Below, piece by piece: positions 19,544 to 25,809 of a DNA stretch of 64,000 nt. Under the pieces are notes generated by a model that searched no databases, was not told where the DNA came from, and saw nothing but the letters and a program-made list of their open reading frames with translations. Every line of letters begins with the position of its first letter. Positions within the stretch are counted from its first letter, which is position 1. A program made the position numbers and the translations under genes. This DNA is from an uncultured Bifidobacteriaceae bacterium. GTDB lineage: Bacteria > Verrucomicrobiota > Verrucomicrobiia > Limisphaerales > SIBH01. The DNA lies in contig CAYQWK010000001.1 in assembly GCA_964420805.1 (NCBI GenBank), positions 3,773-67,772 of the forward strand, read 5' to 3'.

Positions 19544-20842
19544 TCAGTCATCCCGCCACACGTTGAGGTATAGCTTTCCGAGGCTCACGACTTGCGTAGA
19601 TACGGAGCGACTCCGACTTCTGGAATATTCGCTCCCCTCCTCGATCAGCCGAATGCGGTGCGACGGTTTAGCAGCTTCTGCTGTGTTCTCGACAAACAAC
19701 TGTCCAACAATCCAATCATGGTCGCGGGTTCGCACGCGAAAGCCGTATTGATTCTCGAAAGCGCCGTTCCAAAATCGAGGGCGTTCACCGTTCTCCACAT
19801 GATACTTCAACAGCGCAAGTGTTCCGGTCACCTGCTCGGACCATGGGCAATTCACAAACGCATCCCACTCCGCCTTGATACGTTTGAGAACCTCAGCGGA
19901 GGCCAACACCTCCTTGTTTTCTTTGAACAGCGGCGTTGATGTTGTTTGTGCGATCAATTCAGATCGCACATGAGCGAAAAATGACCCTTCTTCGTATGCG
20001 CGCTGTAAGTCCACTACATTGTCCTCAGCTTGAGCACCGGCCTTCAATTCAGTCGCAAGCTCACGCGCAATCCCCTCAAACTTGTCTGTATGCTTTTCGG
20101 AGATCTCGTCGTATGGATAATTGCTTTGTTTGTGTTTTGTAGCCCACTCTAGCGGTTGGGAGAGAACGATTTGATCTCTCACTTTATCAAAAAACACCCG
20201 AACCCTTTCAGCCACATCCCTGGCCGACCGCCTAGCATGCCCCTGAGAATAGTAGGCAATCCCAGCATTTGATGCATCATCCGAAACCCATTCAAGAACC
20301 TTGGGGCGGAAGTTCTTCCAAAAGCGGCTGTCAGTGGACTTCACTGACAACTTGATTTGATGTCCCCGCGCAATGGAGACGGTGCATTCGCTAGGGCGTC
20401 CTGCGGCGTCCAGTTCTGTGATTTCGACTGGCAGTAACTTGTAGGCCTCCGCGATCCCATCAATGACAAGCGCCTCCTTGCAATCAAACACATTGGTCAG
20501 AACTGAAACCATCAAGTCGTGCCGCTCAAAGGAACGTGCTGCAACGGCTTGAAGCTCGTCTTTGAACCCTCTCAACTTTTCAAGGGCTTTTTCGGATTCC
20601 ATGATCTGCGCATCTAGTTCGTGAATCTTGTCACGGAGTTTGGTGACATCCAACCCCTCGGCTTCGCTCTGGCGCAACACTGTCTCTTTTCTGACCTTCT
20701 CCGTCTTCAAGTCGGACTGCAGCGTCGTCTTTTCCTTTATGGCAGTCTGAATTTGCTTCTCGGCAGCTTCCGCCTGCTCGACCTTTTCCCGATGCTTTCT
20801 CTTCTCCTCGTCGATGTGATCTTTAATAATGATCGTGTTCAT
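19544..20842 (-). CDS. Orphan 432-aa protein with an N-terminal ~110-aa coiled coil; visibly low GC, function unknown
   Basis: Clean ATG at 20842 (MNTIIIKDHIDEEKRKHREKVEQAEAAEKQIQ...). It is the only long ORF in a stretch where the opposite-strand and off-frame ORFs typical of the GC-rich flanks disappear. Two hand-counted 60-nt lines gave 43% and 52% GC, versus more than 60% in the flanks. Confidence 0.75.
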   Translation of the reverse strand: MNTIIIKDHIDEEKRKHREKVEQAEAAEKQIQTAIKEKTTLQSDLKTEKVRKETVLRQSEAEGLDVTKLRDKIHELDAQIMESEKALEKLRGFKDELQAVAARSFERHDLMVSVLTNVFDCKEALVIDGIAEAYKLLPVEITELDAAGRPSECTVSIARGHQIKLSVKSTDSRFWKNFRPKVLEWVSDDASNAGIAYYSQGHARRSARDVAERVRVFFDKVRDQIVLSQPLEWATKHKQSNYPYDEISEKHTDKFEGIARELATELKAGAQAEDNVVDLQRAYEEGSFFAHVRSELIAQTTSTPLFKENKEVLASAEVLKRIKAEWDAFVNCPWSEQVTGTLALLKYHVENGERPRFWNGAFENQYGFRVRTRDHDWIVGQLFVENTAEAAKPSHRIRLIEEGSEYSRSRSRSVSTQVVSLGKLYLNVWRDD

Positions 20843-20985
20843 GGGTGCTTTGACGTTTCCGGGCTGAAAATCTTAAAGAAAGTCTGCACGCCGGATCGGG
20901 TCGTTGCAACACCTGCCACAACTGACAATTCGTGATCCGCACCTGCCGGCGCGCGGAAATGCGTTTCGTGATGGCAGCGGCCAGA

Positions 20986-21192
20986 CTAGACAAGCACCGT
21001 GGCGGATGGCCCGACTGGCGAATCACCGGCGGCGTTGGCGGCCTGAACCCAGACGAGCAATTCCCCGGTCCACGGCAGGTCATCGATCAGCACCTGCAAA
21101 TCATGCACGGTCTTCTCGCGCGCCGGTTCGTCCGGTTGCGTGGCCGGACGGACAAAGGTCCGGTACCGCGTCGCCCGCATGGTCCGCGGCCC
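20986..21192 (-). pseudogene. C-terminal remnant (~68 codons) of an FN3-family gene paralogous to 24562..25479
   Basis: RATRYRTFVRPATQPDEPAREKTVHDLQVLIDDLPWTGELLVWVQAANAAGDSPVGPS compares with RAVRYRVFARPVAQPDTPAHEKTVHDLRTLLEDLPWTGELHLWVQAANPAGEATPSP. At the DNA level a 25-nt identical run (gacctgccgtggaccggggaattgc) is shared. The N-terminal two thirds are missing, replaced by a REP hairpin. Confidence 0.65.
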
Positions 21193-21224
21193 ACAGGATT
21201 TTGGCCCGCAACGAATGCTTGCAG

Positions 21225-21244
21225 GCCGGCTGCCCTCAGCCGGC
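21225..21244 (+). repeat. REP-like hairpin, single-hairpin copy C
   Basis: gccggctg-ccct-cagccggc has a perfect 8-bp stem. It is preceded by gcttgcag, as in copy A. Confidence 0.75.
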
Positions 21245-21351
21245 GCGGGACCTGCCACCGACTCCCGATCCTGACCAACCAAGTGGCGGCGGCCGTGATA
21301 AGATGTTTGGAACAAAACGCATCAACTGTTAGCAACCACCCCATTCAGATC

Positions 21352-22353
21352 ATGAATCACAAACTTGCGGCCCACCTTTCGCGACTGATTTCCTGCTGTG
21401 CCCTGCTCTTTGCCCTGTGTGTTGCCCCGGCAATCCACGCCGCCGATGCGACGCGACCACTGCCGAACAACCTCCCGCCCGGGGTGAAGCCCATTGAGGC
21501 CGGCGGGCTGCACAATGTCTTTACCATCGGCACCAATCTCCTTTCCGGCAGCGCGCCGGAGGATGACGCGGACTTCGCCGCCCTGGCGAAGCTGGGGGTG
21601 AAGAACATCCTCTCGGTTGATGGCTCGAAACCAAACCTGGATTTGGCGCACAAGCACGGCCTGCGCTACATCCACATTCCGCACGGCTACGACGGCATCA
21701 GCACCAACACGCAGGTGCAACTTGTCAAAGCCGCACAGACGGCGGAGGGGCCGACTTACGTGCATTGCCATCACGGGCTGCACCGTGGCCCCGTGGCGGC
21801 GGCGGTCATCTGCATGAACACGCTCGGCTGGACGCCGCAACAAGGCGAGGCATGGCTGAAGGCCGCAGGCACCGGCAGCAACTACGCCGGCCTCTATGAA
21901 ACGGTGCGAAGGTTCCATCCGCCGACCGCCGCGCAGTTGGCCGCCGCGCCGGCAAAATATCCCGAAGCCGTCACGCCCTCCGGTCTCGTGGACGCCATGG
22001 TCGGGATCGATGCGCGCTGGGACCATTTGAAAGCCGTGCGCAAGGCGGGCTACCAGACGCCGAAGGAAAATCCAGACATCCAGCCTGCGCACGAGGCCAC
22101 CATTCTCTGGGAACACTATCGGGAAATGCAGCGCCTGCCCGAAGCCCGGCAAAAGGGCGACGACTTCCTTCAGCGCACGAAAGCCGCCGAAGCCGCCGCG
22201 CAGGGTTTTGAAAAGCTCCTGCGTTCCTTCGCGGCGAATCCCTCGCCCGCCTCCCGCGCCCAACTCGACAAATCCTTCGACGCCGTCGCGCAAAGCTGCT
22301 CCTCCTGCCACAAAGCCTTCCGCGATCCCGCCGGCATCAAGGCGGGGAAATAA
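21352..22353 (+). CDS. Secreted fusion protein: Cys-based (CX5R) phosphatase-like domain + C-terminal cytochrome c'-like four-helix heme domain
   Basis: An in-frame ATG at 21352 gives the signal peptide MNHKLAAHLSRLISCCALLFALCVAPAIHAA. VHCHHGLHRG is an HCxxGxxR P-loop. The helical C-terminal half ends in SCSSCHKAFRD, a CxxCH heme motif near the C-terminus as in class II cytochromes c. Confidence 0.75.
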   Translation: MNHKLAAHLSRLISCCALLFALCVAPAIHAADATRPLPNNLPPGVKPIEAGGLHNVFTIGTNLLSGSAPEDDADFAALAKLGVKNILSVDGSKPNLDLAHKHGLRYIHIPHGYDGISTNTQVQLVKAAQTAEGPTYVHCHHGLHRGPVAAAVICMNTLGWTPQQGEAWLKAAGTGSNYAGLYETVRRFHPPTAAQLAAAPAKYPEAVTPSGLVDAMVGIDARWDHLKAVRKAGYQTPKENPDIQPAHEATILWEHYREMQRLPEARQKGDDFLQRTKAAEAAAQGFEKLLRSFAANPSPASRAQLDKSFDAVAQSCSSCHKAFRDPAGIKAGK

Positions 22354-22364
22354 CTTCCCCAACA

Positions 22365-22970
22365 CTACCGCCTCAGCGCAAAGGCCAGCATCAACAGGCA
22401 GATCGCCACCATCCACGAAGCCACCACCCGCACCCCGATCCGCGTCCAGTTCCTCCGCTGCGCGTGAATGGCGTAACTCGCCACGTCGAACATGAGGAAA
22501 CTCACCACCAGCCAGTTGCCCGCCAGCGTTTTGAGCCGCAGCCCGGTCGTGCCGGTTTCCACTGCGGAATCCAGGCCCAGCACCACGGCGCACACGCCAA
22601 ACAACAAGCGCATCGCCCACGGCGGAATCGCGCGGTCCAGTGCCACCAGGGCGGCAGGAACCAGCACCAGTCCCGTGACCAGCCACGGCGCCGGTTCGCG
22701 ATGCGCCTCGTGCAGCGTGAGCAGCAACGCCCCGGCGAACACCGGGATGAAAACGCCCAGCGGAGTCCGCACGTCCAGCGGCTGCCTCTGGCTGATGAGT
22801 AGCCCCAGCGCCAGCATCATCAGCACATGCGCCGGCGTGAACAGCGGATGCAACAGCCCGTTGGTGAAACCCTCCAGGCCGGGGATGGCCCCGTGCGCCT
22901 GCGCGGAAACCGGGCTGGCAAGAATGGCCAACCCCGCCACCGCGCCGATTCGCCGCCGTCCGCGCCGCAT
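22365..22970 (-). CDS. Divergent HupE/UreJ-like membrane protein (second copy)
   Basis: 201 aa. AQAHGAIPGLEGFTNGLLHPLFTPAHVLMMLALGLL resembles the HupE N-terminal motif. It is polytopic and hydrophobic. Its start overlaps the upstream stop (TGATG, 1-nt overlap at 22970). It lacks the second His cluster. Confidence 0.7.
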   Translation of the reverse strand: MRRGRRRIGAVAGLAILASPVSAQAHGAIPGLEGFTNGLLHPLFTPAHVLMMLALGLLISQRQPLDVRTPLGVFIPVFAGALLLTLHEAHREPAPWLVTGLVLVPAALVALDRAIPPWAMRLLFGVCAVVLGLDSAVETGTTGLRLKTLAGNWLVVSFLMFDVASYAIHAQRRNWTRIGVRVVASWMVAICLLMLAFALRR

Positions 22971-23593
22971 CAGAGAATGTTGAAGAGAAAACCCAGGCCG
23001 ATCAGCGCGATGACCGCGCCGCCGCAGCGCACCACCACGCCGCCCCACGGCCAGCGGGTCAGCAACCCCAGCGCAATCCCGCTCAGATGAATCAGCCCCG
23101 TCACGACCACGAACCCGATCGAGTAAGTCATCGGGTTGGCCGCATCGGGAAGCTCCGTGCCGTGCGCGTGACCGTGAAACAAACCAAACACCCCCACAAT
23201 CAGCGCCGCCCAGACCAGCCGCGGCCTGGCCGCAAAGGCGACCACCAGGCCCAGCACGATTCCTGACGCGGCGATCCCCTTCTCCACCGCCGGCAGCGGC
23301 ACATGCAGAACCCCGAGCGCCCCGCCAAACGCCATCACCACGGGAAACGCCACCGGCAGCAGCCACATCGCGCGCCCGCCCAAGAACGCTCCCCACAGTC
23401 CCACCGCCACCATCGCCACCATATGATCCAGTCCCGAGAGCGGATGCAGCGCGCCGCTGACAAATCCACCAATCGCACCCGTGCCCGTGTGCGCGCTGGC
23501 GACTGCGGGAAGCAGCAAGAGCAGTCCCGGCACAATCCACGAAAGAACACGGCCGACTGGAGAAGGTGAGCGAAAGAAACCCGTCATTTTCAT
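22970..23593 (-). CDS. hupE: HupE/UreJ family nickel/cobalt transport protein
   Basis: ASAHTGTGAIGGFVSGALHPLSGLDHMVAMVAVGLW and GLFHGHAHGTE are hallmark HupE/UreJ motifs. About 6 transmembrane segments. Confidence 0.9.
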   Translation of the reverse strand: MKMTGFFRSPSPVGRVLSWIVPGLLLLLPAVASAHTGTGAIGGFVSGALHPLSGLDHMVAMVAVGLWGAFLGGRAMWLLPVAFPVVMAFGGALGVLHVPLPAVEKGIAASGIVLGLVVAFAARPRLVWAALIVGVFGLFHGHAHGTELPDAANPMTYSIGFVVVTGLIHLSGIALGLLTRWPWGGVVVRCGGAVIALIGLGFLFNIL

Positions 23594-23841
23594 GCCCGGC
23601 AGCGTAAATCTCAGGACGGCACTGTCAATCAGGCGGTCTGCCGTGCGGTCTGTTCACCCTCTCCGCTCAACGGGCAAAGAACTCACCGGATGCCGATGGG
23701 TGCATTGTCCTCTTGCACCGTGGCAGCCGGCGTGAGCCGGCTCTGACCTCCGCTCAAAATCAAATGGAGCGGACTCACACCCGTTGCCATGAGGTGCGCA
23801 GGTAGAGAAAAAGTGCTCCACAGCCGGTGACAAGACCCCGC

Positions 23842-23914
23842 GCCGGCTGAGGGCAGCCGGCCGGCAAGATTTCGCATTGGGCAGGAACCTGCAGGCCGCG
23901 TGCCCTCACGCGGC
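23842..23914 (-). repeat. REP-like double GC-hairpin element, copy B (reverse orientation relative to copy A)
   Basis: gccggctg-aggg-cagccggc (23842-23861), then a 33-nt spacer, then gccgcgtg-ccct-cacgcggc (23895-23914). Both stems are perfect 8-bp. Confidence 0.85.
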
Positions 23915-23949
23915 GGTGGTGTCCGATTCGGCAATCATCGCTCCGCCCT

Positions 23950-24290
23950 TCCATTTCGGGCCCTGAATTGGACAGGCGGAGGTTCGGCCCGTCCAATACG
24001 CACGTGGAACGGCACTGAAAAACTCTCCGCCTGTCCATTTTGACTCTCGAAAAACTCCGCCCGAGTCCCGGCATCATTTTTCCGGACGTGGAACGCGGGT
24101 GAAAAAGATTCCCCCATTCCATTTCGAGGCGGCTTTTCTCCATGCCGGGACTCGACTGCTCCATTTTGAACGTGGAACGCGACTGGAAAACCTTCCCCCC
24201 GCCGGTTTTGAGAGCTGAAAAACTCCGTCGGAGTCTCCACCTCTTCCTTTGCGACGTGGAACGGCACTGAAAAACATTCCAACCCGGAAA
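23950..24290. repeat. Tandem array with an 84-bp period (4 units, each with two sub-sites)
   Basis: ACGTGGAACG occurs at 24002, 24086, 24170 and 24254, exactly 84 bp apart. GAAAAA(C)-type motifs at 24017/24101/24185/24269 and at 24049/24217 sit on the same 84-bp lattice. Confidence 0.88.
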
Positions 24291-24561
24291 TCCGAGGCCC
24301 GGATCGCGCTGATGGAACCTCGGCCCGCCGATTTCGGGTTTCCAAATGCCGCGGGTTGAACTCCACCTTCCGAATCCGGCTCAAGTCGCGACGCTGTTGA
24401 GGCTGTTGCTGGAGTTTTCCGAACCGACGCGGGGCCGCCCGAGTTTGGGCCGGGCCGCTTGTTGCCTTTCGCGTCTTGGCTGGAAGATGTTTCCAGGTTA
24501 ATCCTGTGCGCGTAACGAAAGCTGAGTTGTTTTTCTGACCGCAACACGAACGACAAAACTT

Positions 24562-25479
24562 ATGGCTGCCAACCCGACTCCCCGCGCCTGGCCCGGACTT
24601 TCCACAGCGACGCTCCGCATGGCCGCCGGATTGCGCCGGCATGAAGCCGCACTCGGCATCCGCCAAAACACCGAGGCCACGCTGGTCGCCGTCCTTTCCG
24701 ACTGCCGCGCGGCCGCGGAGGAACTCGGGAGCGCCCGTGCCGCGCAGGGGCAGGCCACGCGCGCCTTGGCGGCGGCAGAGAGAAACGTCCGTCGCTGGCT
24801 GGGCACGGCCCGGAGGGTTCTTTCGCTGCGCCTGGGTGACCGCTGGGATGCGCGGTGGGAAGGTTCGGGGTTCCCGCGCGGTTCCACCGCCGTGCCCAAG
24901 AGCCAGATCGGCCGCCTGAATCTTTGCGCCGCGCTGGCGGATTTCCTCGCCGCTCATCCGGAACTTGCCTTCGCGGACTGGTCGGTGACTTCCGACGGCG
25001 CGCGGGAGAAGCATCAGTTGCTGGCCAATGCCCGGGCGGACTTCGCCCGTTGCCGCGCCAGGGCGGTGGCGCAAAATCGCCGATTCAAATCCCTGCGCCT
25101 GAAACTCTGCAAACGTGTCCGCGGCCTGATCCGCGAACTGGAATTGCTGGTCGATGACGCCGACCCGCGCTGGCTGGACTTCGGGCTGAACATTCCGGCG
25201 CAACCGGAGGTGCCGGAGCCGGTGAAGCGCCTGGAGGCAATTCCCAATGGCCCGCGCGCCGTGCAGGTGACATGGCCCCGTGCCCGGCGTGCCGTGCGTT
25301 ATCGCGTTTTCGCCCGGCCCGTGGCTCAACCGGATACGCCCGCCCACGAGAAAACCGTGCATGACCTTCGCACCCTGCTCGAAGACCTGCCGTGGACCGG
25401 GGAATTGCATCTATGGGTTCAGGCCGCCAACCCCGCCGGCGAGGCCACGCCCAGCCCGGTGGTGAAGGTGAGGGTGTGA
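24562..25479 (+). CDS. Hypothetical protein with a helical N-terminal region and a C-terminal fibronectin type III domain
   Basis: ATG at 24562. The C-terminus PEPVKRLEAIPNGPRAVQVTWPRARRAVRYRVFARP...LWVQAANPAGEATPSPVVKV fits the FN3 pattern (W..., Y-x-V, A-x-N-x-x-G). Confidence 0.75.
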   Translation: MAANPTPRAWPGLSTATLRMAAGLRRHEAALGIRQNTEATLVAVLSDCRAAAEELGSARAAQGQATRALAAAERNVRRWLGTARRVLSLRLGDRWDARWEGSGFPRGSTAVPKSQIGRLNLCAALADFLAAHPELAFADWSVTSDGAREKHQLLANARADFARCRARAVAQNRRFKSLRLKLCKRVRGLIRELELLVDDADPRWLDFGLNIPAQPEVPEPVKRLEAIPNGPRAVQVTWPRARRAVRYRVFARPVAQPDTPAHEKTVHDLRTLLEDLPWTGELHLWVQAANPAGEATPSPVVKVRV

Positions 25480-25535
25480 GGCGATTTTCTGGCTGGCCGG
25501 CGATTCCAACGACGACGGATGGCGGGTCTTCCGTG

Positions 25536-25582
25536 AGCCTGTCTGAATAGGGCGTGGGAGTCCTGCAATTTTCAGACAGGCT
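25536..25582 (+). other. Long-stem hairpin downstream of the FN3 gene (possible attenuator or terminator without a U-tract)
   Basis: agcctgtctgaa (25536-25547) pairs with ttcagacaggct (25571-25582), a 12-bp perfect stem with a 23-nt loop. No T-run follows. Confidence 0.35.
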
Positions 25583-25675
25583 CCAACGCACAACGCCCGC
25601 TCACCATTCAGTGCGTGGTGCGCACGACAGAACGGGCCAGTGGCCCGTTCAACCCGGAGTTCCATCGCATCAATC

Positions 25676-25693
25676 CGGCTTAATCCTCCCTTA
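25676..25693 (+). promoter_or_regulatory. Shared 18-nt upstream motif cggcttaat[c/g]ctccctta, copy 1 (117 nt before the ATG at 25810)
   Basis: 17 of 18 positions are identical to 30808-30825, upstream of the next giant gene. The motif is AT-rich in a GC-rich background. Confidence 0.4.
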
Positions 25694-25809
25694 CTCAAAG
25701 AAGGTCCATGCTACGGCCCGGATTCCTTAGGAAATGTGGCGGATAGGCCGTGCGCACCACGCATGTCGGTTTGGAATACCGCGTCCGAGAATCGGATGAG
25801 ATTTGCACC

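Noticed and set aside
20932-21351. The N-terminal 140-codon extension of the phosphatase/cytochrome ORF; similar 5' extensions occur in many track ORFs (for example 14017..16014, 37215..38441, 53916..55391, 30881..31033)
   Set aside because: The extensions overlap neighbouring genes, REP elements or remnants and are Arg/Pro-rich. Internal ATG or GTG codons give proper signal peptides or canonical family N-termini.
23594-23830. A possible cobalamin or NiCo riboswitch in the 5' leader of hupE
   Set aside because: A stretch GGCAACGGGTGTGAGTCCGCT loosely resembles the GGGAA..GGTG..AATCC core. However, I could not find a B12 box (AG.CAGGA.ACCTGCC-like) or the CCCGC.ACTGT element. The strongest hairpin there (agccggc-tcac-gccggct) looks like the local REP stem. 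A covariance-model scan would be needed to settle this.
23935-25410. A 491-aa minus-strand ORF spanning the 84-bp array and the FN3 gene
   Set aside because: It is antisense to a frame with a clear FN3 domain. The remainder merely translates the repeat array.
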